Positions 1 through 9,512 of a stretch of DNA of 64,000 nucleotides are shown one piece after another. This DNA is from Candidatus Obscuribacteraceae bacterium (GTDB lineage: Bacteria; Cyanobacteriota; Vampirovibrionia; Obscuribacterales; Obscuribacteraceae): the NCBI GenBank assembly GCA_044226015.1, contig JBGAHS010000009.1:96001-160000 (forward strand). The letters run 5' to 3'. Under the pieces are notes generated by a model. It was not told the origin of the DNA. It was given only the letters and a program-made list of their open reading frames with translations, and ran no database searches. The position numbers and the translations under genes were made by a program. Within the stretch, counting starts at the first letter, position 1. Every line of letters begins with the position of its first letter.

Positions 1-3000
1 CAGTCCTCCGAAAGAACCACCTCCTCCCGCAACATCTATGTCTGCGTTGGCAGTGATGGTTCCACCTGTGAGTGTGACGTTTCCACCTGAGCCTCCGTTG
101 GCGAATTTAGCAATGCCACCGCCTGCGCCACCAGTGCCGCCAATACCCGATCCGGCAGCACCACCATTGCCACCTGTGCCACCGGTGTTGACGTTGGTTC
201 CACCTACCGCTGACACGATACCCGATGTCGTAGTGCTGAGCGTCATGGACCCTGTTGGGTCTACGCTAATTGAAATGTTGCCGCCATTGCCATTGTTTCC
301 GGTTGTAGCGCCGGCGCCGCCGTTGCCACCATTTGTGGTGCCAACTCCGCCGTCGCCTCCAAGTGCAGTAATCGAAAGCCCAGCAATGCCTCCGTCAGCA
401 CGTAATGTCAGGTCAGTGGCTCCTCCCGGTGCAACTGAGGTTTTAGCTTTTAAGGTTACTGTTCCTCCGTTCCCTCCACTGCCAGAGCTGCCCGCATTGC
501 CGCCTGCGCCACCAGCTCCTGCCGTACCTTGCCCTCCCGCACCAGCTGTCAACGCAACACCGCCAGCACCGCCACTGGCGTCAAGCTTAATTGTTGCGTA
601 GCTAATTCCTGCCGTTGTGCTGGTCACAGAAATGCTGCCACCAAGCCCCCCAGCTCCGCCGGTGCCTGTAGAGCCACCGGCGCCACCAGAAGCTGTCGTC
701 AATCCTGCTGCAGCGGACCCCACGATACCACCGACTCCGCCTGTGCTGTTGATATCATTAAAAAGGAATGCCGTGGATGAGCTGTTTATCGAAACAGTTC
801 CACCCTTACCGCCCGCGCCGCCGCTACCTGAGGTACCCGCAGCACCTCCAATGAGTGTGGAATTGCCACCCAAGCCGCCTGCACCGCCTATGCCACCTTG
901 ACCGCCCTGAGCGTTGAGGATACTGGTCTGCAGCAGCCCTGTGCCGTTCGTGATTGTGATGCTGCCGCCGGCTCCACCGAGACCACCGTTGCCTCCCGCG
1001 CCGCCAACTCCTCCGGCTTTCGTGCCCCCTGCCGCTCCAGCTCCTCCAGCTCCTCCCGTTCCGCCTGTACCACCGTTAGCTGACAAGACTCCGTTGAGAA
1101 CTGTTTGCGTCAGGTTTGTGGTGCCGGCGGAAATTGTGATTTTTCCACCTGCGCCGCCAATACCTCCTGCGAATCCGGCTTTTCCGGTCGCTCCCAGGTC
1201 ACCGACAGCGCCCGCACCGCCATCAGCCTGAATAAAGTTCGTGAAGCCGCCCGAATTGCTAATAGTTCCACCCACAGAATTTATCGTGATGGAACCACCT
1301 GCACCGCCGGTGCCACCAACCTTACCTGCGCTGAAAATACCGCTTCCGCCATTGGCTGAGAGTTGCAGTGCGGCTGTCGTACCCAGTCCAATTAATGCGC
1401 CAACATTATTTAGGTTGATTGTGCCTGCGTTTTGACCGACGCCACCAGATACAGTGATGGTGCCGTCTATGTTCATAGCCCCTGTGCCACCATTCAAATT
1501 TAAATTGGCACCTGGCGCTGCAATGGTTGCTAGTGTGGTTATGCCGCCATTTTGTGTTGCTCCGGCCTTGAAAGCACCTGTTACCAATCCCTTATCATTC
1601 ACCGTAACGGAACCTGTTGGGTCTGCACTTGTGGCATTGATTGCAGAGCCCACGACTGTACCGTTAGCATTTACATTGTTGATAATGATGCCGCCAGGAG
1701 CAATTATGTTGATATCACCAGCTTTTCCTGAGGTGCTGTTGGTTGTTATAATCGAGCCTGTCAGGTCAACTTTTCCTGTGTTCAAAGTGCCCCTGTAAGC
1801 GATGAGTGTGAGGGAGCCTCCGCTCAGTCCTTTTCCGCTGGAGGCTGTATTTATTGTCGCCCCTGCTGTAGTCGTGATGTCTCCACCGGCGGTGCTGCCG
1901 CCGCCGATGCCTGATCCTGGAGTTATTTTAACTAATTGTCCCGTGCCGATCTGGGAAGGGAATGTTGGAGTCGGAAGTGGGGCGATAACGTTAGCGCCAG
2001 CTACGATGGTTATTGGGAAGCCTTGCGAGTTTGCGCCACCTAGGTTGGTATCAAGTCCGAAGTTTCCAAGCACGACATTTTGAGTAGATATGATTGCCAG
2101 AGCTTCTCCCACACTCAGGCTACCCGTTAGAGTGATATTCCCTGAATTGAAAAACGTAGGGTCTTCGGCGATATTGAGATTTCCAAGCTGCAGATCAGCC
2201 GTTGCTGCAAGAACGTGAGCATTAGCTGCTGTCACATTCATCAGTCCCGTTAACTGGTTCACGTTAGCGAGAACATCTGCGCCATACGCATTCACATTCA
2301 TGACAGGTGTAACCCAGTTGCCGCCCAGAATATTCACGTTTCCAGCAGCACCATTGTTGGCAATATTTATGGCATTGACCGCAGTCATTGTTCCACCGAC
2401 AGAGTTCACTGTGAAGTTTGCACCCATGCCGTTAAGGTTTAAATTGTGCGCACTAGATATGGTGCCCTGATTGTTGATGATGTTTGCAAGGAGTGTGAGG
2501 CTCGTGTTGTTCAATGCTCCAGAGAAACCGGACAGCCCTCCGACTGGAAGTACGCTTGAAATAAGCCCGCCAGCTAGATTGCTTATTGTAGGAGCGCTAA
2601 GTGTTGCGGTGCTGGCGTTTGGATTAGTTGAAATCGCATAGAGAGTGCCTGCATTTCGAATCATTCCAGAAAATGTCAATGCACTACCACTGCTGTTGTC
2701 GCTTATTACCGTTACACCGTGAGGAACAACAAGTGAGGTGAGGCTTTGTGCCGCCAGCACCATCGACCCACCGTTTGCATTACCTAAATTGCCCAGAATG
2801 ATCGACTGGGTTCCTGAACTCAAAACCTGATTCACTGCCACTGCTTGGGCTGGCGTCAGCATCGAGCCTGGAACTATTGTCTTGGATTTTCCACCTTCGA
2901 CAATCGAAACCGAACTAATTGAATTGGGAACGAGAACCGTTTTCGCACTTGTGGACAGGTTTAATCGTGATGGAAGAGGCAGCTGATTAACTTCGGCTGC

Positions 3001-3096
3001 TAGTACTGGCACTGTTTGAGACACCATAAGCCCGCTAACCACGAGCTTGGAAACGAGGGGGGATGACTTTTTCCATGGTTTAATCTTTCGTGCCAT
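1..3096 (-). CDS. Large secreted Gly-rich adhesin/hemagglutinin-like protein, partial (C-terminus runs off the window start)
   Basis: Not in the ORF track because it has no stop inside the window. Manual translation from ATG 3096 (GGAGG upstream) gives MARKIKPWKKSSPLVSKLVVSGLMVSQTVPVLAAEVNQ..., a signal-peptide-like start followed by beta-helix-like Asn/Gly/Thr repeats and GGxGGxGG runs. The Pro-rich + strand ORFs are its antisense shadows. Confidence 0.85.
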   Translation of the reverse strand, partial: MARKIKPWKKSSPLVSKLVVSGLMVSQTVPVLAAEVNQLPLPSRLNLSTSAKTVLVPNSISSVSIVEGGKSKTIVPGSMLTPAQAVAVNQVLSSGTQSIILGNLGNANGGSMVLAAQSLTSLVVPHGVTVISDNSSGSALTFSGMIRNAGTLYAISTNPNASTATLSAPTISNLAGGLISSVLPVGGLSGFSGALNNTSLTLLANIINNQGTISSAHNLNLNGMGANFTVNSVGGTMTAVNAINIANNGAAGNVNILGGNWVTPVMNVNAYGADVLANVNQLTGLMNVTAANAHVLAATADLQLGNLNIAEDPTFFNSGNITLTGSLSVGEALAIISTQNVVLGNFGLDTNLGGANSQGFPITIVAGANVIAPLPTPTFPSQIGTGQLVKITPGSGIGGGSTAGGDITTTAGATINTASSGKGLSGGSLTLIAYRGTLNTGKVDLTGSIITTNSTSGKAGDINIIAPGGIIINNVNANGTVVGSAINATSADPTGSVTVNDKGLVTGAFKAGATQNGGITTLATIAAPGANLNLNGGTGAMNIDGTITVSGGVGQNAGTINLNNVGALIGLGTTAALQLSANGGSGIFSAGKVGGTGGAGGSITINSVGGTISNSGGFTNFIQADGGAGAVGDLGATGKAGFAGGIGGAGGKITISAGTTNLTQTVLNGVLSANGGTGGTGGAGGAGAAGGTKAGGVGGAGGNGGLGGAGGSITITNGTGLLQTSILNAQGGQGGIGGAGGLGGNSTLIGGAAGTSGSGGAGGKGGTVSINSSSTAFLFNDINSTGGVGGIVGSAAAGLTTASGGAGGSTGTGGAGGLGGSISVTSTTAGISYATIKLDASGGAGGVALTAGAGGQGTAGAGGAGGNAGSSGSGGNGGTVTLKAKTSVAPGGATDLTLRADGGIAGLSITALGGDGGVGTTNGGNGGAGATTGNNGNGGNISISVDPTGSMTLSTTTSGIVSAVGGTNVNTGGTGGNGGAAGSGIGGTGGAGGGIAKFANGGSGGNVTLTGGTITANADIDVAGGGGSFGGL

Positions 3097-3281
3097 GCAA
3101 CTAACCTCCAACTGGGGGGAATTTTGAGTCAGCGCCAACTGACTTCCGATGAGAGTGCGGAATATCGAATAAAAGTTACATACCCGCTGTTGGAGACTGT
3201 CTACGCAGCTATTAAAAAGAATCGCTATCTTTTGTAATGTCGCTTACCTTTTTTGAGGTGAAGACATCCAAACACTAATTC

Positions 3282-3483
3282 CAGCAGGGGTTTTAGGGAT
3301 CTGCTCGTGACTCTGATGATCCACAAGGAAAGAGAAAAGTCGCCGACATCCCCCTCGTAAGTTAACTGAATCTGGCGCCCGCTGACACACGCGGAGCCTG
3401 CGACATCTTGGTCGGATCCGGCGCCACCCTGCTTGGATCCCCCTGCTGAGATTCTGTCCAATCGTGCTCAGATTCTCAGGCGG
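3282..3483 (+). ncRNA. Candidate structured non-coding RNA (family unassigned)
   Basis: Closing helix CAGCAGGGG (3282-3290) pairs with CCCCTGCTG (3440-3448). Internal stems: GTGACT/AGTCGC, and GGCGCC/GGCGCC enclosing CCGC/GCGG and CGAC/GTCG hairpins. A further, partly overlapping hairpin at 3446-3479. G-U pairs favour the + strand. Confidence 0.35.
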
Positions 3484-3601
3484 CTGATAATTCACCGACA
3501 GCTAATCCCGACGGTCTGTTCGCATTCACTGTGCGCGAAATTCTTGCGGGAAGCTCCGGGATTTCCTTAGTGTAATTACGATGCTACAGTCCACTTCGCG
3601 G

Positions 3602-5074
3602 TTATTTTGGCTGAATGCTTGCAGTGTTTTTTCTCAATCTAGGAAGAACTTTCTTTCCATATACCAGCACTGATATCAGCATCAAAATCTGTGCTAAGCA
3701 GAGCCCAAATCCAATTCCCTCCAATTTTGATGGACGTAGATGGTTCAGGTGAGCTGAAAATTGGTATTTTCCGAAGACTTGAAAAAAGTAGTTCATAATC
3801 ATGGGAATTTTGATTAGACCGGCACCTTCGAGAGCTGCAACTAACGTCGATGATGCGGCAGATAGAGGCAATAGTATCACTGACGGTGCCAGGAATTGAT
3901 TCGTTAACAAAGCTATCTCCGCTCTTGAACAAAGCCTGTTGGCGATAAATTCTGCATTGAGCGTAAGCATCGTTCCTATGATTAGCATTGCCGTTACGGC
4001 TAAAACGAGTGCAAGCTGTACGATTTTACCCGCTCGCTCAGTCATTTTTGCGCCCAGGCTTTGCCCCACCAGGACAGCTGTGGATGAGCTAAATGCAATA
4101 AGAGGAATCAGAGCTATCAGTTCCTCAATCTTAAGCTTTACTGTCCATGCTGCTTGCAAGGCTTCGGACTGCGGAAGCTCGCTTAGCATCCTATAAATTA
4201 GAAGCTGCGAAAATACCATCGCAAGTTCAGAGAGAATGGCTGGAATTCCCAGATCTAATAGCTCTTTCATTGCTTCTTTCTTTATTTGCGCGGTTTCAGA
4301 GACAGAATTGGGCTCTCTTGCAAGCTTTGAAATTGAGCGGCGATATTCACAATAGCCAAGCAAACAGCCGGCACTTGCACCGATAATCCAGGAATAGGCC
4401 AGGGCGAAAAGGCTATGGATGGACATCAGAAAAAAGAAGACAAAGCAGAGCACATTAGAAGTGAGAGCCGTAATAATCAAAATCGATGCTGACCTCTTTG
4501 TCTCGCCCTGTGCCCTGAAAATTGCTGCAAAGCAAAGTGATAAAACGAACGGCAAATTTGCAAGAGAGCTATATTTGGCATATGGGACCGCAAGCAGAAG
4601 GACATCATTTTTTGCGCCCATGCTTTTCAAAATTGGTTCGGCAAGACAAAATCCCACAAGGGTTGCGATGCTACCGAGTATGGTGGCAACGAGCAGGCTC
4701 TTTTGAGAATACTCTACAACAGCGCGATAGTTCCTGGCACCTGTGAATCTTGATACAAAGGCGCTGCATGCTGTTGAGATACCCGTTCCTAGTACTATGA
4801 CTAAGAATATAAGCTGGTCTCCGAGTCCAACAGCTGCTTGCGCAGCGCTACCAATTTTTCCTGCTACATACATGTCTAGGAGCCCAACAGTCGAACTGAT
4901 TCCCATTGCTAATGCCAATGGAAAAAATAGCTGCCAGATAGCTTGTGGAATCGGAGTTTCGTTCAGATTCAGTGCTGAGTGACCGGACTTTCTTTTTCTT
5001 CTTCTTTTTTCGGAGTCTATTACTCTTACGCTTTGATAAGAGATTTCTTTAATAGCGTCAACAATTTCGACCAT
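3602..5074 (-). CDS. MATE family efflux transporter
   Basis: About 12 hydrophobic segments with MATE motifs (LDMYVAGKIGSAAQAAVG; VLVGQSLGAK). Start set at ATG 5074 because the upstream GTG (5146) lies inside the operator repeats. Confidence 0.85.
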   Translation of the reverse strand: MVEIVDAIKEISYQSVRVIDSEKRRRKRKSGHSALNLNETPIPQAIWQLFFPLALAMGISSTVGLLDMYVAGKIGSAAQAAVGLGDQLIFLVIVLGTGISTACSAFVSRFTGARNYRAVVEYSQKSLLVATILGSIATLVGFCLAEPILKSMGAKNDVLLLAVPYAKYSSLANLPFVLSLCFAAIFRAQGETKRSASILIITALTSNVLCFVFFFLMSIHSLFALAYSWIIGASAGCLLGYCEYRRSISKLAREPNSVSETAQIKKEAMKELLDLGIPAILSELAMVFSQLLIYRMLSELPQSEALQAAWTVKLKIEELIALIPLIAFSSSTAVLVGQSLGAKMTERAGKIVQLALVLAVTAMLIIGTMLTLNAEFIANRLCSRAEIALLTNQFLAPSVILLPLSAASSTLVAALEGAGLIKIPMIMNYFFQVFGKYQFSAHLNHLRPSKLEGIGFGLCLAQILMLISVLVYGKKVLPRLRKNTASIQPK

Positions 5075-5116
5075 AGCAAAGACCTTTTCGCCAAACCTGA
5101 ACGATGCTCGGTTTGT

Positions 5117-5194
5117 TACAACTTTTGTACGTGGTAACGATACCACGAAGGTTCGTGGTATTTAATTAAATGTGTACCACTAAGTCTCGTGGTA
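5117..5194. promoter_or_regulatory. Three palindromic operator-like sites TAC(C/A)AC-N8-GTGGTA in a divergent promoter region
   Basis: 5117-5136 TACAAC-ttttgtac-GTGGTA; 5141-5160 TACCACGAA-GG-TTCGTGGTA (perfect 9-bp arms); 5175-5194 TACCAC-taagtctc-GTGGTA. Confidence 0.7.
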
Positions 5195-5236
5195 ACATGG
5201 ATGGAGCTGCAATCCAGTAATACCAAGGGTTCCATA

Positions 5237-5950
5237 ATGCCTCCTATTTCCGACAAGCGTCTCAGCCCACAGGTAAGCAGAACCCATCCTTTGTGGATGG
5301 AGCTGTTGAACGAGCAAAATTATTGGGAGAGTCACGATGATCTGGCAAATTGGTTCAGCAGTTATCTTGGAAGACCCGTGTCAGTGGCTCCGGCACAACT
5401 TGAGGCATTCTCTGAGCTTTTGCTGCAGATTCGCTTCCTTTTATATGCGCAGCACTTTAATCGACCGCTGAATTTGAGATGCTTGAATCGAGAGCTATCG
5501 GCGTTGAACCTTGCCTTACATACTCCCGACGACTCAGCTCTGCCTCTATTGAGAGCTGTTTCGGACCAATCCGATGATGGCTTGCTAAACTCACTGAAAC
5601 AATCAATTCTGATTACTTTTGCGACTGACTTCGCTCGCTTACTCAAGGGCGAAGCCGAATTCCATCTTCATCGTTGCGAGGGACTCTATCGCAATAATGA
5701 TGGCGCAGTTGTGTTCATTGACACATCTTATGAGCCTGTTTGGCGAAGCGAAATAGACATTCTGGTCGAGCGCGAAATGTTAGCTAGTGAGAATGTTGTT
5801 CAACGATGTGCCGATTTCTTTTTTGCAAGCTCTAGATCAAAGTTCTGTTCAGATGCTTGTCGATTTAGTACGTTTCAAATAAGCAAGCAATTGCGAGATC
5901 CCGCGTATCTGGCTGAAAAACAGAAGAGATACAGGCAGCGCAAGAAATGA
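5237..5950 (+). CDS. ABATE/CGNR zinc-finger-like putative transcriptional regulator
   Basis: N-terminal helical region (ELLNEQ...DLANW), then LHRCEG...RCADFF...SRSKFCSDACR and a basic C-terminus (KQKRYRQRKK). Divergent from the MATE gene. Start uncertain (5189, 5201 or 5237). Confidence 0.6.
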   Translation: MPPISDKRLSPQVSRTHPLWMELLNEQNYWESHDDLANWFSSYLGRPVSVAPAQLEAFSELLLQIRFLLYAQHFNRPLNLRCLNRELSALNLALHTPDDSALPLLRAVSDQSDDGLLNSLKQSILITFATDFARLLKGEAEFHLHRCEGLYRNNDGAVVFIDTSYEPVWRSEIDILVEREMLASENVVQRCADFFFASSRSKFCSDACRFSTFQISKQLRDPAYLAEKQKRYRQRKK

Positions 5951-6021
5951 TTCGTGAAGGTCCCAAGCCAGAGCTGTAACGGGAGTTCCAACAAACTTAA
6001 ATTTCGAAGAGAGCTGATTGA

Positions 6022-6267
6022 CTAGCAGCCGTGTTGGCGCTTTAGATGGTGTTTTATTTCCTGCTTTTTGTATGCTGCAAGAAGTTCCATGTGGCTGTTG
6101 GTCAAATTGATTTGCGAATTTGCTAGAGTCGTCTGCGAATTTGCAAAAACCATGAGTGACGCGCAAATTGCAGGAATGGCTGCAGCGTAAAAGAATAGCC
6201 TTTTGCGAGTCATCAATGTTGCAAAGTTCGTTCTTTGCTTTCCATTTGGAATGTATTGATTACTCAC
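6022..6267 (-). CDS. Small hypothetical protein with one hydrophobic segment
   Basis: GTG start with AAGGAG RBS; 81 aa; hydrophobic stretch LFFYAAAIPAICASLMVFA. Confidence 0.45.
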   Translation of the reverse strand: MSNQYIPNGKQRTNFATLMTRKRLFFYAAAIPAICASLMVFANSQTTLANSQINLTNSHMELLAAYKKQEIKHHLKRQHGC

Positions 6268-6424
6268 AAACTTTCTCCTTGTCTAACCATCCTATAATAT
6301 GCCTTCTGCGTGAAGACTATGTGAGAAACCAAATGAAACTACATACTTTTTTTGATGAACAAAGTGAAGCTAGCTTCGTTTGTCTGAATTAGTCACCGTA
6401 TATGGTGGCGTAATTCTGGCTTGT

Positions 6425-6461
6425 AAAACGAGAGAAGCGACCCGGGGGGGCCGCTTCTCTC
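6425..6461 (-). terminator. Rho-independent terminator downstream of ctpA
   Basis: GAGAGAAGCG...CGCTTCTCTC stem followed by a T-run on the minus strand. Confidence 0.75.
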
Positions 6462-6488
6462 ATAGTTGCTTAGATTGGCAAACTTTAC

Positions 6489-7865
6489 TTAGTTGTGCGA
6501 TTGTACACTGCTGCTGCCATCGACTTTTCCAACTATAACTTTATCTCCACCACTAGTGAGCTTTGTCTTCAGGACATCCACAGCTTTCTTGAGCTGAATG
6601 TCCTTCAGGTCTTCCGGTTTTCGTGTGACTGAACCACCAGGACCGTTGGGATCAATCCACCATGGTCCTCTGCCTTCCTCATAGTCTTTGTTGGTGAGTT
6701 CGACAGCAAAGTCTGGTGAGATGCCTACATTGTGGATGTCGGTATCGCTTGGGGTCAGATAACGAGCGATAGTGTAATTTACACCGCTATTATCTTCCAA
6801 GCGCTGAATGGCTTGCACAAGACCTTTTCCGAATGATTTTGAGCCGACCAGTACAGCTCTTCCGTTATCTTTGAGTGCGCCACTGGCAATTTCCGACGCG
6901 CTCGCGCTGCCTTTGTTAATCAATATCGCGAGCGGTTGATGTGTAATGGAATTTCCATCAGCCACTGCTGGAGTTTTGTAGCCATCTTTGTCTACTGTAA
7001 AAACAATGTTGTTCTTACCGTCCAGGAACATATTTGAGATGGTGATAGCGTTTTGCAAGAGCCCACCAGGATTATCTCTCAAGTCGAGAACGATAGCTTT
7101 TGCACCAGACAGCTTTGTCAGAGCCCGCTTCATTTCGTCATCAGCTTTCTTCGAGATGAAGCTAGTCAGCCTGATATAACCGACGTCGCCATCAAGCATT
7201 TTTGCTGTTTGAACTGAACTGATGCTGATTTCATCACGCACCAGCTTCATCTTCATTTTTTTCTGCTTTCGCAAGAGTGTCAGGTCGACAGCCGAGCCTT
7301 TTTCGCCTTTGATTGCTTTGGCAGCTTCCTCGACAGACATTCCCTTTGTAGACTTCCCGTCAACCTCCGCGATTTCATCGCCGGACATGACGCCAGCTCG
7401 TGAGGCCGGTGTGTCGTCAATCGGAGCAATAACCACGATTCTCTGACTCTTGTCCATACCTATTTGTATGCCTACGCCAAATAATCTGGCGTCAATTTGT
7501 GAGCGCTCATCTGCGAAAGCGTCGCGATCTAGAAAGCGGGTGTACTTGTCTCCCAGGCTAGCCAGCATGGTTTCGATGGCTTTATGCGCATCGTCCTGAG
7601 TTTTCAATTTGCCGTCATACCGATGCTGCCATCGATTCCAGTCCTGATGATTGTGAGTCTCGTCGTAATATTCGTTGTTGATAGTGTCCCAAACCCGTCG
7701 GTATACGTTGTCTGGGTTGAGAACTGCTGGGGTTCTCTGTGCTATCAGCGTTTTACTGCCTTTGAATTGATCTTCGGCGCTCGATAGAAGCGTCGAGGCT
7801 CCAAAAGAAATTGAGAGTAAAACCGATAGACTTAATAGTGCTTTCCACTTGGGTGCTTTTACCAT
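6489..7865 (-). CDS. ctpA: Carboxyl-terminal processing protease (S41A, PDZ domain)
   Basis: Signal peptide, PDZ region (GVGIQIG), DLRDNPGGLL, catalytic SASASEI and SFGKGLVQ motifs. Confidence 0.93.
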   Translation of the reverse strand: MVKAPKWKALLSLSVLLSISFGASTLLSSAEDQFKGSKTLIAQRTPAVLNPDNVYRRVWDTINNEYYDETHNHQDWNRWQHRYDGKLKTQDDAHKAIETMLASLGDKYTRFLDRDAFADERSQIDARLFGVGIQIGMDKSQRIVVIAPIDDTPASRAGVMSGDEIAEVDGKSTKGMSVEEAAKAIKGEKGSAVDLTLLRKQKKMKMKLVRDEISISSVQTAKMLDGDVGYIRLTSFISKKADDEMKRALTKLSGAKAIVLDLRDNPGGLLQNAITISNMFLDGKNNIVFTVDKDGYKTPAVADGNSITHQPLAILINKGSASASEIASGALKDNGRAVLVGSKSFGKGLVQAIQRLEDNSGVNYTIARYLTPSDTDIHNVGISPDFAVELTNKDYEEGRGPWWIDPNGPGGSVTRKPEDLKDIQLKKAVDVLKTKLTSGGDKVIVGKVDGSSSVQSHN

Positions 7866-8112
7866 ATCGCAAATAGTTCTCGCTTAAAACTGCCGACTGA
7901 CCAGAAATGGTCTTTGCCTTTCCTTAGAAGCATCATAACAACAAGTTCGATCCTTCTACCAATAGGCTATAAGCCACATTCTTCTTACCCATTTCCCTAC
8001 AACTTTAGACAGACTCAAAATTTTGAGGTTTTCAGGGTGTTACTATAAACTCTGCCCTCTTGGAGCTGCATATATTCGGGGGTTTTTACTGGTTTTCACA
8101 GGGAGTTTTCAC

Positions 8113-8913
8113 GTGGAAGAAACAGCGGCAGATATAGGAATTTTTGGTGGTTCTGGCTTTTATAAATTGCTGGAAAATGCAGAAGAGCGAACGGTTGAAA
8201 CGCCTTACGGTGCGCCGAGCGACAAATTAATGCTGGGTGTGCTTGGTGGAAAGAAAGTAGCGTTTTTGCCCCGACATGGAAAGAATCACCAGATTCCTCC
8301 TCACAAAATCAACTTCAGAGCTAACGCATATGCTATGAAGTCACTTGGAGTCAAATACATCGTGTCGCCCTGCGCTGCTGGCAGTTTGCAGACCCATGTT
8401 GCCCCAGGCGATTTCGTTGTCTGCGATCAGTATGTGGACAGAACCAGTGGGCGCATCGATACATTTTATGATGGTCCTATTTCCACACACGTTTCAGCGG
8501 CTGACCCCTATTGCGACAAGTTGAGAGAACTTGCGATTCAAGCTGCAAAAGATTGCAAAATCAAAGTTCACGAAAAGGGTACAGTCGTCGTCATCCAGGG
8601 ACCTCGCTTTTCTACAAAAGCCGAGTCTAAGTGGTTCACATCAATGGGCTGGGAAGTCATCAACATGACGCAATATCCCGAAGCGCACCTTTGCCGCGAA
8701 CTCAACATGGGCGTGGTCAACATTTCTCTTATCACTGACTATGATTCAGGTTTGGTGGGTGCAGTTGAGCCAGTTTCTCACGCAGAAGTGATGAAGGTGT
8801 TCAGCGGAAACCTCGAAAAATTGCAAAAACTATTGATCAGATTCTGCGAATTGATGCCAGAGCCGGGCAAGGTTGATTGTGGCGATTCTCTAGCTGGTGC
8901 TAGATTTACATAA
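8113..8913 (+). CDS. mtnP: S-methyl-5'-thioadenosine phosphorylase
   Basis: IGIFGGSG, TPYGAPS, FLPRHG, QGPRFSTKAES, INMTQYPEA and TDYD motifs. GTG start at 8113 after GGGAG. Confidence 0.9.
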   Translation: MEETAADIGIFGGSGFYKLLENAEERTVETPYGAPSDKLMLGVLGGKKVAFLPRHGKNHQIPPHKINFRANAYAMKSLGVKYIVSPCAAGSLQTHVAPGDFVVCDQYVDRTSGRIDTFYDGPISTHVSAADPYCDKLRELAIQAAKDCKIKVHEKGTVVVIQGPRFSTKAESKWFTSMGWEVINMTQYPEAHLCRELNMGVVNISLITDYDSGLVGAVEPVSHAEVMKVFSGNLEKLQKLLIRFCELMPEPGKVDCGDSLAGARFT

Positions 8914-9070
8914 GAAGCCGAGCGAAAAGTCTAAATCGCGGCAGTTTGCTAATGTCAGAGACGGGTGCACTTGCATCCGTCTCTACTTTTTGCAGGGCAG
9001 ATGCGGGTTACACGGTTTTCTAATTTTAGCCTACGGACTATACTCACTTGAGATAGCGGGACGAATCTGC

Positions 9071-9262
9071 ATGTACGCACCAAAAATAACGCTTAATCAG
9101 GTTGTTGCCTTCATGGGGCTGGTGCTTTCGCTTTCGTTGTTCACCTTGATGACGAAATATGGTGTTCCTGAAAAAATTGCTTTTGGCTCAGCCATTCTTT
9201 GCATAATCGTGGTGGCTATCTTCTGGACTTGCATCAATCTCGGCGATGATGACGAAGACTAG
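9071..9262 (+). CDS. Small two-TM membrane protein
   Basis: 63 aa from ATG 9071 with two hydrophobic helices and an acidic tail (DDDED). Confidence 0.55.
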   Translation: MYAPKITLNQVVAFMGLVLSLSLFTLMTKYGVPEKIAFGSAILCIIVVAIFWTCINLGDDDED

Positions 9263-9512
9263 TTTCTTATAAATCCATTTTGCTTGCAGAGTTAATTGCA
9301 GCGTCTGCTCGCAGCGCCAGATTACAGCGTCTGATTGCTGCTGATTCACGCGCTCTCTTGGGAGAGTTGGGCGCACCTTTTTCTTTTTTTCGTGAAAGCC
9401 ATTCACTGTTTTGACTTGCTTTTCCTTTACACCTTCTTAAACGAGTAAGTGCAATCATAGTATTGAAGAAAGAAAAAAGAAGAAGAAAAGAACAAGAAGA
9501 GAATGAAGAAGT

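Noticed and set aside
38..2083. Series of Pro-rich ORFs on the + strand
   Set aside because: They are antisense shadows of the Gly-rich minus-strand gene (GGN codons read as NCC) and are interrupted by stops.
3307..3343. Hammerhead-like CTGATGA...GAAA
   Set aside because: There is no stem III or cleavage triplet in the right topology, and stem II is not directly followed by GAAA.
3411..3436. T-box-like AAGCAGGGTGGCGCCG on the minus strand
   Set aside because: It deviates from GGGTGGNACC, no stem I or specifier is visible, and the downstream gene is not amino-acid related.
9464..9512. Purine-rich GAA/AAAG tract
   Set aside because: Low-complexity sequence with no regular repeat-spacer structure; not a CRISPR array.
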